Source: Azolla caroliniana (Eukaryota > Plantae > Polypodiophyta). From it: a stretch of DNA of 64,000 nucleotides. The translations under genes were made by a program, and so were the position numbers. Of the stretch, positions 47,874 through 61,220 are shown one piece after another. The stretch spans positions 14,074,001 through 14,138,000 of the forward strand of contig JBHGNT010000001.1 of the NCBI GenBank assembly GCA_043228905.1, in the 5' to 3' direction. Numbering within the stretch: the stretch's first letter is position 1; each line of letters begins with the position of its first letter. A model generated the notes under the pieces. That model was not told the origin of the DNA and did not search any database. It saw nothing but the letters and a program-made list of their open reading frames with translations.

Positions 47874-48438
47874 TGGGCAACTTGGATCCATTGAGCAAAT
47901 ATAGGCTTTCCTCAAACCTGAAGAGAGCCTTCCAGTAAATTTGGGAAGGAAAAAATGGAATTTTGGTGTCGGTTCCGCTTTGTTTAACATGCACGTATGT
48001 GTATCTGTAGAATTTTTTAGATCATATTGGACTTTAATGAAAAGATTGTTTCGTTGTTCTATCCAATGATGTGTCACAAAATTGGAATGGGCTACTGAAG
48101 TTGATCTTGAGGAAGCTCAAAGGTGTTAGTAAGTTCATATGCGCTTGATGAATGTACATTTCTGTCAGCGGATTCGTTACCTATTTCATTAAATCCAAGT
48201 AGATTTATATTGTCTATCCATCTATTGGGATGGGTAGACACCAACAACTTTGGAGTCTAGCTAGCTCAACGATATGGGCAACCTCAAAACGATAAATAAT
48301 GTAAGTTTTTATGAAGTAATGAACGTATATGTGTCAGAAACGACGATTTCTTAGGAGCTACTTTTAGGTAGATTATCAGAGCGGAGGCTTCCTTCTCCAA
48401 ACCCACTCCTCCCATCGCTGAAAGATGAGCAAAGAATC

Positions 48439-48603
48439 TCGAGGTGCCAAATTTTCTGTCGATGTGAACTCTTGGGGAAGATCGGCATGTTATCCCTAGA
48501 GTAGCTTTTATCCGTTGAGCGACGACCCTTCCACTTGGCACCATCGGATCACTAAGGCCGACTTTCATCCCTGCTCGACTGGTGGGTCTTGCACTCAAGC
48601 TCC
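48439..48603 (-). rRNA. rrn23: Plastid 23S rRNA domain V fragment (NUPT pseudocopy)
   Basis: GAGGTGCCAA..TGTTATCCCTAGAGTA..TATCCGTTGAGCGAC..GGATCACTAAGGCCGACTTTC..CCTGCTCGAC. Confidence 0.88.
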
Positions 48604-49022
48604 GAAGGGTTGATTGTTTTTATTTAGAATCTCCGTTTCGGTATTTTTGAACGTATCAGAATTACATAAATTGAGTTTCCAATTTTTTGGTACTATACTA
48701 TCCCAAACTTCTAGTGGTAAATTATATCTGTAAAGAGAATCTATCCAATTATTCCAATTATGGGCATCCAAGGCAAACGTTTTTTTGGAGAATCCCCAAT
48801 CTTCCTATTCCCACAACTAATGGATTCAGAAGTAATAGACGTTTTTGGAGTCTTGCTCATCCTACCTTCAATTCTGTAGCAGGTTCTGCTATGACCAAGC
48901 TTGGGACTCGGTCACTGGAGCCCTCCGAATGAAATAGTCACTCAAAATCGACTCAATTCCGATGGAAGTATCACGTGAAAGACCTGGTGCACCAACAATA
49001 GAGAAAGAATCAATGGTTTCCT

Positions 49023-49084
49023 TTGCGGAGACAGGATTTGAACCTGTGACCCCAAGGTTATGAGCCTTGCGAGCTACCAAGCTG
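49023..49084 (-). tRNA. trnfM-CAU: Truncated plastid trnfM-CAU pseudocopy (NUPT)
   Basis: Reverse complement CAGCTTGGTAGCTCGCAAGGCTCATAACCTTG..GGTTCAAATCCTGTCTCCGCAA. Confidence 0.88.
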
Positions 49085-49683
49085 TTGTGCATTGAAACCC
49101 ACCACCGCAATAGCCGGGGGTTCCCGGATGAAAACTTCGGAGGAGTCAGAAAGGTAGTTAAATTGTGCGAATAATCCCTTGAAAGATTTTGATATGGGTG
49201 TGTGACTCGTAACAGCCAGTCTGGTTCAATGAAAAGATAATCTTTTGTTGAAGAAACAAAAAGATAACTACTTTTTTTTTCTTCAACAAAAAATTAGTTG
49301 TCTTGGTGGGTAGCAGTTTGATTATTAGCACCTAGAGCGCAAGAAACTAGAACTGCTTCGTTATTCGTTGACCTTTTTCTGTGACTTCCAAAGTGGTGGT
49401 GTTGGCTTTATCTACACGATTGTAATTATATTATACGTGATTTAACTTTATACAGACTAGTTTAAGTAATTATTAATATGTTGAATACAATTATTAAATT
49501 AAAAATAATATTTTTATGTATTGTATTAATATAATATTAATTAATATAGACATTATATTGAGTGAGCTTCTATTTAGAGAGGAGTTTATGTTTAGAGAGG
49601 AGTATATGTTTAGAGAGGAGCTTATCAGTTTTTTATGTTAGCCTAAGCACATAACTTAAAGAGCTCTGTGTGGACCTTAAGCC

Positions 49684-52476
49684 ATGAGTGAAAATTCACC
49701 GTTCTCGATTGAAGAATATTGTTTGTCATCAGACTCTTCGTTTTCTACTGAAGAGTATTGTTTGTCGACAGACTCACCATTTTCTATTGAAGAATATTGT
49801 TTGTCGACAGACTCACCATATTCTATCGAAGAGTATTGCCTGAGCTCATCTTCACCTACAATGAATGTGAATAAAGACACATGTGAAGAGTTCTTTATTG
49901 AAGAATACGATATTAATAAAGATACGGAGAATGAAGGTAGTGCCAATGAAACATCGAATATCATGGGCGATGGTCACAACAAAGAATTTGATAGTAACAA
50001 GGTTACACCAACTTCTATGCAGGAAGAGAAATCTGGAAGCCCTATACATATTAGAAGAATCCCACGAACAATTCGTCTTGCTAGATTTAACTTGGTGACA
50101 TTAGATAAACAGATTGGATTTGATGTCAAAAAAATATGTTGTGCCCATGGTTGTATGTCTATGATTGGAAAATCAAAGTTGCGAGAATTATGGCGATATT
50201 ATTTTTCGATGACTGGTGATGAGCAAGACATTTACCTCGGGTCACATATGCAACTAGTGTCTGACAAATGTACGGGGATCAAAGTATCATTCGAGTATTA
50301 TATCTTCCATGCGCAACAGATATGTAGAGTTGCATTCAAAATTGTGTTATGTGTTAGCAACATGCGGCTACATAGAGTACAACAACGTCTACTTAGCGGG
50401 GATCAGATGCTCAATTGTAAAGAGGTTCCATATATGAAAGGTGCAATTGGAAGACATGCTATTGATCGGATGAAAAGTTACTTTCAGTTAAATTGTGAAG
50501 TAATGCCCACTACAGGTAGGATGCACCTCTTTGATAATTACACATGTTGGGAAGTTTATGATGTCTATCGATCTGATATGGTGGGCTCATGTAATAAGTC
50601 TGTCACATATAGCCAGTTCACAAGATTATGGAGAGCTCGGTTTTCAAATGTTATCATTCCACGTAATGTATGCATGGGGTATTGCTCCATTTGTGCAAAT
50701 CTTAAAAGTTTGGCTAAAGGTGCAAAGACATCAATGGAAAAGGATATGAGTAAGAAGTTACTACAAGAGCATCGTGAGGCACAATCGTTAGAACGAAAGA
50801 AGGCGATGCATCATAGAGAGAAGTGTTTGAAGAGGCCCAAACAATACATGTGCTTAATGATAGATGGTGTGGACTAGAAGAAGATGTGCTTGCTGCATAT
50901 GCAGAGGCTCCCCAAAGACGTCAATGATGAGTGCCTTGTTCAAATGTACTTGGTGGGATGATTGGCTTATAATAGGTCAGTTGGACCTCACGTCTTCATT
51001 ACATACCCCAATGTTCACAATGACCCTAACCTAACAGCTACAATGATTCACCGAGTTTTGATGTCTTGGGGCCAACCTTTCCCCCTTGTTCTATACATTC
51101 AATTGGACAATACTGCTAGAGAGAACAAAAATTCAACTGTGTTTGGCTTTCTAAGTATGTTGGTCAACCAAGGATTGTTTAGAAAAGTGAAAGTCAATTT
51201 TCTTTTGGTTGGCCACACACATGATCATATAGATCAAATGTTTAACACATTCTCCAGACAGTTGTCTCGGCATGATGCTTTCACATTACCTAAACTATTT
51301 GATGTCATTTGTGATGCATATACACCACGCCCAAAAGTGTTATACTTGAAGGAGGTATATGACTTTAAGAGATATATATCAGATGGGGGTGTTGGGAATG
51401 TTAAAGTGGTCGCCCAGTTAAACAATATAAGCTTCAATCACATTTTTATGATAAAGAAAAATGAAAAAGTGGTTCTACGCTTTTGTATGCTAAACAATAT
51501 TCATCTTCTACAACATGGGGACTTGAAGGTGGTTGCCAGTTATTACTTTGTATGCTGAGTACAATTGTCCATGGAGCTAAGGAAATGCCAATTGAGAAGA
51601 AAGGAGAGTTGCATAGTGCCTTGGTATCGGAACAAAAACGGTTATGGCTCCAAGGCTTAGAAGAAAAAAGAAAGCATATTGAGGCCACCAAGAAATATGC
51701 CACACAACAAGACATGTCATGGTGGGATGTATTTTACAGTAATCAGAAAGGAATTATAGACAATTGTGTATTTGGTGATAATTGGAATTTGGAAACGCCA
51801 TTCACATGGTTGCTGCAACATGATCGTGTAAATAAAACTCCAGAACAACCAGCAAATGTGATTAATGACAGTTTGGTCCATCCACAACAAAGAGACATTT
51901 ATGTGGGACCAAGGATGACCAAAGCAGCCAAAGCTAGATGGCAAGGCAATTTGCAAGAGCTCACGGCGGGGATGTTGATTGCAACGCCGGTGCATGAAAT
52001 AGAAAACAAAATAAAGTCTATAAACGTTCATTGGTACAACATTAGAAGTACTAATGCATGAAATAGAAAACATGATCAAGTCTATAAACGTTCATTGGTA
52101 CAACATTAGAAGTGCAAATGCTTTTACGGGTAAGTATACATTGGAGATGATTGAATGCCCAACAACAAGGGGAGGTAGGAAGTGGAAGCGAAACATTCGT
52201 AACACCTCGACCCTTGATATCTCTGATGTGGATATCATCGTGTACGACTTCACGCTTACAAAAGCCGGAAAATTAAGGAAGTCAACAATAAATATAATAA
52301 AAGAAAAATTACCAAGTCTACAAGGTGGCTCGAGTCAAAGGCAAACGAGATCTACTACATATAATCTAGAGTCAAACCATTTGGTTTATGATGAAGATAA
52401 TGCACTGATTGGTACATCCGAGGATGACGAGGAGGAATCGTCATTGTATATTAGTTATAGTAGTGATTCTCCGTAA
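49684..52476 (+). pseudogene. Sola-type DDD transposase (one stop at 50875, later frameshifts)
   Basis: CSIC..EHREAQ; MIDGVD*KK; YIQLDNTARENKN; FLLVGHTHDHIDQMF. Confidence 0.8.
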
Positions 52477-53099
52477 AGGAGTGATAATGAATGTATTTTT
52501 GGCTATTAAGTGTAACTACATTCCGCTTTTAACAAATCGAGTAATATAAAAGCATGTGTTTTGAATTCTTATGATTTCTAAAAAAATGTTTCTTATAAAA
52601 TAACATTGGTTGTAAAGTTTGTGACATAAATTGAGAATGTAACTTTTTGAAATTCCTCTTTTTTTATTTACTTCTAAATCACGAAAATAGTGGATTTTAA
52701 ACCTTTTTCATAGTATGTTTGAACATGTATGATACTGGCATCAATGTGTTTTGTAAAATCATTGAAAAAGCCCTAAAATCCACCAAAATTTTCCTTATCC
52801 TTCCATTTATGCGTGATCCTTCCACTTGTGAACGCGAACGTGTTTACCTCACAACACAACGATAGAAAATAAAGAACAAAAATCTGCGGAGCTCGGTCCG
52901 GCAACACTTCGTTCTCCAAAATCATGGACCCCTTCTCAGTCTTTTCTCCCTCCTTTTATAGCTCAAGGAGAGAGAGAAGCCGTTATATCAGGCTATTAAG
53001 ACAACCTCTCTCTTTGCCAATTTTCCCCTCAATCTCCTCCTATCTATGTACCTATCTAAATCACACAGCCTAGTATTCATCAACATATAGAGACAATTT

Positions 53100-54710
53100 T
53101 GTGTGCATCCTCCATGACAACGGGTATAATGAGTATATGGCGCATCATTATGCTTATATGGTGAAGGTGGCAGATGTGCACAAGCCGGAGAGCCATGACA
53201 AGGCGACGAAGCATGCGAATTGGTGTGCCTCTATGGAGGAAGAGATGCGCACACTAACGGACAACGAGACTTGGGATCTAGTTGACGCCGACGGCTTGCG
53301 CTTCAAGGGTGTGAAGCCGATCGGATGCAGGTGGGTGTACAAGGTCACTTACAATGCCGATGGCTCGGTCAACCGATATAAGACCCGATTGGTGACCAAG
53401 GGCTCCACATAGAAACACTACATCATTATGAAGAGACCTTTGTGCTGGTCGCGAACATGACAATTGTTAGTGTTTTGCTAGCGGTAGCAGCAGCAAAGGG
53501 TTGGCACTTACATAAGATGGATCTAAAGAACATGTTCCTGCAAGAAGATCTTGAGGAACAAGTGTCCATGGTACAACCGTCTGGATTTCTATATGAACGG
53601 AACACATCGACAATTTGTCGATTGAAGAAGTCGTTGTATGGACTGAAGCAAGCCCAACACACCTGGAATGCAAAGATCAAGAAACTACCGTGTAAGATGG
53701 GGTTTGCTCCATCAAAATTGGACTCCCCCCTATTCATTAAGCCGAGTCGAACCAAACCGATTAGTATCTTGCTATATGTTGATGATTTAGTCATCGTTAG
53801 TGCCGACCTCAGAGAAATTGGTCTCAACTTTCGACAACATTTGAAATGAAGGATCGGGGGGACCTTCATTACTTCCTCGGGATCAAAATGATCTGAACCC
53901 CTGAAGGCATATTGATCAGCTAACGCCATAATGTCTTGAATATGCTCTTCAAGTTTGGGATGGCGGATTGTACGCCCGTCTCAACCTCTTTTGACAGAAA
54001 CGTGAAGCTTCGTCAAAATTCCGGAACGGCATGCAACCCAACAAGATTCAAACAAGTTTTCTGAAGTCTTGTTTTCATGGTGATCACTCGGCCAGACCTT
54101 AGTTACCCGATCGGCTTGATCAGTCAATTCATGTCACAACCACCAGCCGAACACCTTTAGTGTGCACAAAGGATATTGTGATATGCCGGTGGCACTAAGG
54201 ATATGGCGTTGTTGTATCCGGTAGGAGTAGCGAAGGAGTTAGTCAACTACATGAATACCGATTGGGCTGGAAATGCAAGCAATCGCAGGTCAACATCTGG
54301 GTTCACGTTTTCATTGGGAAGTGTCGCAATCACCTACAATAGCAAAAAGCAGCCGATAGTGGCATGATCGAGCACTGAGGTCGAGTATCAAGGAGTGGTT
54401 ATCACTACTTGCAAAGGCATTTGGCTCAAAAGGCTATTGAAGGATCTACAAGTGGAGGTGTCTGAACCCACAATGACATACTGTGACAACCTCAGCAGCA
54501 TCCAACTTGCACGCTTGGACAAAGCACATTGAGGTGCACTATCATTTCGGCAGCGAACGAGTCCTCTCTGGTGAAGTCGAACTTGTGTATGTTCCGACTA
54601 ATCGGCAAGTTGTTGATATCTTAACCAAACCTCTTGGCCTAGAAAAGTTGCGACATTTCTCGACTATGCTGGGTTTACAACATCTCCACATGCCAAGCTT
54701 TAGGGGGAGG
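53100..54710 (+). pseudogene. Copia RT-RNase H, decayed
   Basis: KPIGCRWVYK, RYKTRLV, MDLKNMFL, LKKSLYGLKQA, LLYVDDL, TKHIEVHYHF. Confidence 0.88.
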
Positions 54711-55273
54711 AGTGAAGCCGAAAAAGAGAGAGACAAAGTCCGAAAAGCCGAATCGGATGGAGAATTCGATTTCAGCACGATTGAAGAAGTCGAAACGTCT
54801 AGATTGGTGGGAGAAACCGAGGACGCATGGACAGGTGGAAGAAGATCGGCTAAGCAAAGGCTAGCCACATGTAGGGGGAGCAGCTGAAAGAGAGAGCCGA
54901 AGTCAGTGCCAACCAAACTAAGGGGAGGAAAATACAAGAAGGCAAAGAGTGACGATAGAGTCCAAAAGGATAGAGCCGACCAAGTGAAGGCCAGAACCAA
55001 ACCATGGGTAGATGTGGTCAAGGGCCTGAAGGAGGATGAATCAAAGACAACTGATTCAGACTAGAGCTGGACCGAATCGGAACCATCCGATTCGATTGTG
55101 GAAGGTGATTCAGACGAGCCGAATCACATGAGGCCAAGCGGGCGAGCAACCAGCCAAAGCCAACGTCAAGACGGAGGAGCCGACAGGTCAAAGGGCACCA
55201 ATACCACAAATTCGAGGGAGCTAACAAGGGCCTTGGAAGCAGACAAGTTGACCATAAGGTTCGAGGAGCATGG

Positions 55274-55495
55274 TGTTGGGAATTTGGTCCTTCTGGATGG
55301 GCCCAGATGAGAACTGGACGAGCCGGATTCGGAAGGGTTCCTGATAAGATTCAGAAACTGCAACCAGTGAATCCGGATGGATCCGGTGCGAACTAGATCC
55401 AAGGACATATTTGTAAATATGTTAGAGTAAGCCCATTGAGGCTATATTTGTAAATACCCTAAAAGTCATATAAGTATAAATATGACTTAGGGAAA

Positions 55496-55536
<41 letters not shown>

Positions 55537-57810
55537 CTTTTTGGGTTGTATATTGTTGTATAGAGAGAGAGAGAGAGGGAGATACAGAACTAGTTCGGTT
55601 CTAACTGTTGGCTGGCGAATATACAGATCTCTGATTGTACCTTTATCATATAGTGATAGTTTGGAGTCTATGGGCCCCTGTGGTTTTTTTTCCCTACTTA
55701 GGGTTTTCCACGTTAACATCCATTGTCATCTCTGATTTAGTTTGTTCTCTTCTATTCCTTGTTGAAGACTTGGTCATGGTCGAGCGTTATCAGATCAAAC
55801 AAAGGAAATGGAAGAATCATTCAGCGGCATGTTCAAGCTCATCGGTTCCAACTACATGGTGTGGAAGTCGAAGATGACGGACATACTCGTGGTCAAAGAT
55901 CTCTGGTTGCCGGTACAGTTTGGGGACAAGAAACTGGATAAGATCGATGCCACGACATGGGAGGTGATGCACATGAAGACAACGACGTACATCCAGTGCT
56001 TCATTGACATGAGCCTGTACAACAACTTCAATGAAGAAAGTAAGGCTCATGAACTCTGGGAGAAGATCGACATCATGTTCCAAAACAAAATTGTCATTAA
56101 TCGGGTTTCAATATTCCGGAAGTTAGTGAGGCTTTGGTATCAAGACGGCTCTAGTATGGCGGAGCACATGAATGCCTTCCAGGGGCTAATACACCAAGAC
56201 ACCTCATTGGAAGTACCTCTCGCGGATGAGGTACTCGCATTGCTCCTGCTCGGTTCCCTCCCGGATAGTTGGGAGAGGTTAGTTGTCATGCTGGGAAACG
56301 TTGGGCCGGAAGGAAAGTAGTTGTCAGGCTGGGAAACGCGGGCTGGAAGGAAAGTAGTTGTCCCTAGCAAGGGTAAAATCAAGCTTGGTAGATGAAGAAG
56401 CCCGTTGAAAGGACCGGGAGTTCGGCACCGATCCGAAGGCCTTGGTTCCAGAAGATGACCACAATCGGGGAAGAGGCCGGTATCGGAGTCCCCAAAACCG
56501 GGACAAATTGGGGATGAGGTCGAAGTTGAGGGGGAGGCCTACTTGCATCTACAATGGGAATCTGGGGCACTTCTAGAAGAACTATCGGCATTTCTAGAAA
56601 GAGAAAGGAATCAACAGTGTCGTTTCGAAGAAGGGTCCGGACCGGAAAGGGTCAGATCGGAAGGGAACATCGGCAATCGCGACAAGTGAAGAAGAACTAA
56701 TGCTTATTACCAAGGAGAATGAGTTAAAACTTCTCTGTGACCAGACAAGGAGCTGTCGAAAAGGAAGAGAGCGCTCTGGAACAAGTGGGTGTACAAGCTG
56801 AAACCGGGAGATGCCGGAAACCCGCCGAGATACAAAACTGGGTTTCCAGCAGAAGAAGGGAGTGTACTTTGATGAGATTTTAGCCCCGGTAGTAAAGATG
56901 ACATCAATCCGGACGGTATTGAGCATAGCGGCAATCATGGACCTCGAGGTAGAGCAACTAGACGTCAAGACGACATTCCTACATGGAGACCTTGAAGAAG
57001 AGATCTACATGCATCAACTAGAAGGATTTGAGAAGAAAGGGAAGGAGCACCTGGTATGCCGGCTGAAGAAGAGCTTATACGGATTGAAACAAGCCTCCCG
57101 ACAATGGTACCGGAAGTTCAACTCCTTCATGATAGATCAAGGCTACCACTAGACGCAAGTTGACCACTGCGTATTTGGGAAGAAATTTGATAGAGGAGAT
57201 TTCTTGATATTGCTCCTTTATGTGGATGATATGCTGATCGTTGGATGAGACCAAGTCAAGATACGAATGCTGAAGAAGGCTTTGAACTGGACCTTCTCAA
57301 TGAAAGATTTGGCTCCGGCAAGACAAATATTGGGAATGCGCATCATCCGGGACCAGTCGGAGAAGCTATTATGGTTGTCACAAGAGAAGTACATGACAAA
57401 GGTGCTTCAAAGGTTCAACATGTCGGAGACGAAACTGGTCGGATCGACACTTCCGGCAAATTGCAGGTTGTTTGGAAAGCAGAGCCCGAAGACAAAGACA
57501 GAGAAGTTGGATATGACAAAGATACCATATGCATCTGCCATCGGAAGTCTACTATATGCAATAGTGTACACCCGGACGAATATTGCATATGTGGTCGGAG
57601 TAGTCAGCCGGTTCATGAGCAATCCAGGAAGAGAGCACTGGAACGCGGTCAAGTGGATACTCCGGTTCGACTCCGATAAACCCCAACTTGACGGATTCAC
57701 GGATTCAGATATGTCGGTTGATGCGGATACCAACCGATCTACATCCGGATATGTCATGACTTATGCAGGGGGAGTTGTATCATGACAGTCGAAGCTACAA
57801 AAGTCCGTTG
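55274..57810 (+). mobile_element. Internally deleted copia related to element D: LTR 55274-~55787, gag 55808-56730 joined directly to RT-RH 56750-57810
   Basis: LTR start TGTTGGGAATTTGGTCC matches the D LTR; RT closely resembles D (APVVKMTSIR, LWLSQEKY, DSDMSVDADTNRSTSGY); protease and integrase missing. Confidence 0.85.
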
Positions 57811-60521
57811 TGTTGAAAAACAAGCTCAACAAAGGTATGTGATGATTATTGAGAAATAAGCTATAGTAGTTATTAGCTAATTAACTACTAGTGGATATAA
57901 AGGTGAAACAGCTATTTAGCTACTGATAGCTAATTAGCTGCATATGTAAGTGAGTTATATACTTAGGTAAAAAGTAAGTGTAATAAGTTGTAAGAGAGTA
58001 GTTATAAGAGTAGAAAACAGAAAACTGACGAGAGTGAGTTGAGCTCTGCGTGTAATGAAATAGAAGAAGCTTTTTAGTTTTCTACATAGAGGTAAGTTTC
58101 CTTCCCCCTTTCCCTTTCTGTCTTAAGCACTAAACGATCCAGGACATCATGATCCGATGTGCACATAGAAGCGCCGTAGTGCCTTCGTTACATGGTATCA
58201 TAGTAGAGTTGCTCATAGAGAGGAACAATACAGATCTTAGAAGTTTGTTTCTGGTTGCTGATCTGAATCATAAAGTTGTCTATGAAGTTAATCGTAGCAA
58301 AAGCCCTAATTGAAAGAGAGAATGGCTGCTAAGAATGGAAGCCAAATAATCACAAAAAAGCTAGATAAAAACAATTTCCCTGCGTGGAAATTTAGAATGA
58401 CAAATTTCCTGATGGGAAAAGGATACTGGGACTACATTGAAGGAGACCTAGAAAAGACTCCAGAGATCCCTGAGGAAAATGCAACTGTTGCACAGATTAA
58501 ATCATTTAAGGAATGGAATCAAGGGGCAAGGAAAGTATTGCATTGGCTCTCACTTAGTATCTCGGATTCGATGCTTGGACACATACAGGATGCTATGCTT
58601 CCAAAAGAAGCTTGGAACAGTTTGGTAAAACTGTTTGCAGTGAACACAAAGGCTAGAAAGCTTCAGTTGAAGATTGAGCTAAATACCTTGGAAAAAGGTA
58701 AGATGTCAGTGAATGAGTATGCTTTGAAAATAAAGAGCATATGTGAATCACTTGCTTCTATTAATGTGAAGGTAGAAGATGATGATAAGGTGGAAATATG
58801 TTGAAGAGGCGTAGGACCTGAGTATAAAAGCTTCAAAACATCTATTCTCACAAGGGATAGCATCCCAAGTTTTCCAGATATGGTTTCAATGCTTGTAGTG
58901 GAAGAAAGAAATCAGATGGATGATGTAAACAAAGGAAACTCTGAGATTGAGGGGCAAGACCTCTACAATAGTGCTGGAAGAGGCCCTAGAAGATTTGGTT
59001 CAGCTACAACCATTAATAATCAAGGAAGAGGACAACATGTTATAAGTGGAAGAAACAACATCAAAGGCAGGGGGAGCAATCGAGGAAGAGGTAAGAAAAC
59101 TTATTTGAATGATGATGGTTGTTGGTATTGTGGAAAACTAGCCCATACACAAGCTGAGTGCTATAAAAAGCAAAATGATGAAAAAAGAGGGAAGAGACAA
59201 CAAAATAACCATGCTTCAACTAGTGAAGACTATGATAAAGATGGTACATTTGTGGTGCAACATGAAACAACATCAATGGCTGAATGTACACAGAGATGCA
59301 ATGAAGAGTTTATGTGGTATGTAGATTCTAGGGCATCTAATCATATGACAGGACATGCAAACTGGTTTGAAATTCTAAGAGAACCAGAGATTCCTAGTTA
59401 TGTACAAACAAGTGATAACACCACTCATACAATCGAACATGTTGGAGATATCCCATTGTGGGAAGAAAAAGGAAAAACAAAGTATATGCTGAATGTGATG
59501 CATGTTCCAAACCTTGCAAAAAATCATATTTTTGTTGGACAAATAGTAGAGCAAGGAATGCAAATTAAGTTTAAGCAAAGTGGATGCTTTATAGAGAAAC
59601 AGGGATAGCTTATTGCAAAAGCAAAACGGCAAGGAAGGATGTTTATGTTAGATGTGGATATGCCTAAAAAGATTATGACCATGTTTGCAGAAGGAATGAG
59701 TGTTATTTCAGATGCGGAAATGTGGCATAAAAGAATGGGTCACATAAGTATGCAAACCTTGAAAAATATGTTGAGGAAAAATGCAGTGGCTGGACTGCCT
59801 AACTTAAAAGTTTGTGAGATGAGCAAAATATGTGAAGCATGTCAATAGGGAAAGCAAAACAGGTTGCCTTTCCCTTATTAAAGACATGTAAGCAAAAATT
59901 TGTTGGATTTGGTACATACAGATGTATGGGGACCAACAAAAAATGCATCAATTAGTGGATGTAAGTTTTATGTAACATTTATTGATGATTGCTCAAGGAA
60001 AACATGGTTTTACTTCATGAAAGAGAAAAGTGAAGTATTTTATTGCTTTCGTAAGTGTTGAGAGACAAGCTCAACATTGGGTGCGTAAACGGGTACGTAA
60101 CCCAGTGCGTAGACTAGGTGCATAAAACCATACGCAAAATATGGTCGTGGCAATGTTTAAACCGAGAGGCCGTTAGAGTGTTATTCCTCGTAAGGAATAA
60201 TTTTGGGAGTAAGTGTGGGATGCTCATTTATGAGCGGTCCAGTACTTGTGTCAGCCCATTAGTCAGGGCTTGTATAAAAAAGTGCTCACTGAGCACGAAG
60301 CATGTAGAGAGAACATACTGAGAATTATTTTGAATATAGTTTTGTATTTTCTACTCTCTCTCTCTCTCCCTCTCTTTCTCTGTGGTTTCTGTGTTCTACC
60401 GAACTGTCGTACTACCAAACCGTGTACTCTGTGTTCTTACACATACGCTTTTGCACACGTATTCTTTTACAGTAAGTTTAAATGCATGGTACAAAAGCAG
60501 GTTGGAACTAGAATAAAATGC
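57811..60521 (+). mobile_element. Copia element inserted in the previous one: LTR 57811-58192, PBS from 58193, gag-PR-INT 58322-60521, truncated
   Basis: TGTTG..TTACA TGGTATCA; KLDKNNFPAWKFRM, CWYCGK..H...C, WYVDSRASNHM, WHKRMGH, VHTDVWG. Confidence 0.88.
60056..60471 (+). mobile_element. Solo LTR with TSD GTAAG inside the integrase
   Basis: TGTTG..TTACA; GTAAG at 60051-60055 and 60472-60476; integrase frame resumes after it. Confidence 0.93.
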
Positions 60522-60687
60522 CAACAAGGGAGCTGAGGAGGGCTGCATGAGCAAACAAACCAACCGGAAAGGTTGCAGTGCATGGAATCAAACGGGTTGA
60601 GGAGCGCGAGCGAGGCGTGAAGCCAGGAGAGGCCGGAGCGGAGATCCGGAAGAGTAGATGGAACCTCAAGTTGAGCTTGAGGGGGAG

Positions 60688-61118
60688 TGTTGAGAGACAA
60701 GCTCAACATTGGGTGCGTAAACGGGTACGTAACCCAATGCGTAGACTAGGTGCGTAAAACCTTATGCAAAATATGGTCATGGTGGTGTTTAAACCGAGAG
60801 GCCGTTAGAGTGTTATTCTTCGTAAGGAATAATTTTGGGAGTAAGTGTAGGATGCTCATTTATGAGCGGTCAAGTATTGTATGTACTTGTGTCAGCCCAA
60901 TAGTCAGGGCTTGTATAAAAAGGTGCTCACCGAGCACAAAGATGTAGAGAGAACATATTGAGAATTATTTTGAATATAGTTTTGTATTTTCTACTCTCTC
61001 TGTCCCTCTCTTTCTCTCTGGTTTCAGTGTTCTACCGAACTATCGTACTACCGAACCGTGTACTCTGTGTTCTTACACATACGCTTCCGCACACATATTC
61101 TTTTACACGGTATCAGAG
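60688..61118 (+). mobile_element. LTR (60688-61107) preceded by a PPT and followed by a PBS (61108-61118)
   Basis: TGAGGGGGAG|TGTTGAGAG..TTTTACA|CGGTATCAGAG; same family as the 60056 solo LTR. Confidence 0.88.
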
Positions 61119-61220
61119 TGCGAGGGTTTAGACTCCTCTGTAGCCGATAGAAAAGCTTGCGATAAGACAGAGTTAAATTGTTGTTTTCGGAAAGGATAGG
61201 ACAACAATACTGACAGAGGA

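Larger units (their letters stand above)
41887..52850 (+). mobile_element. Putative Sola-type DNA transposon bounded by long imperfect TIRs (~41887-42100 and ~52640-52850)
   Basis: Left AACACGTTTGCGTTCACAAGTCGAAGGAT..AAATGGAAGGATAAGGAA is nearly the reverse complement of right TTCCTTATCCTTCCATTT..ATCCTTCCACTTGTGAACGCGAACGTGTTTACCTC; transposase inside; no TSD found. Confidence 0.65.
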
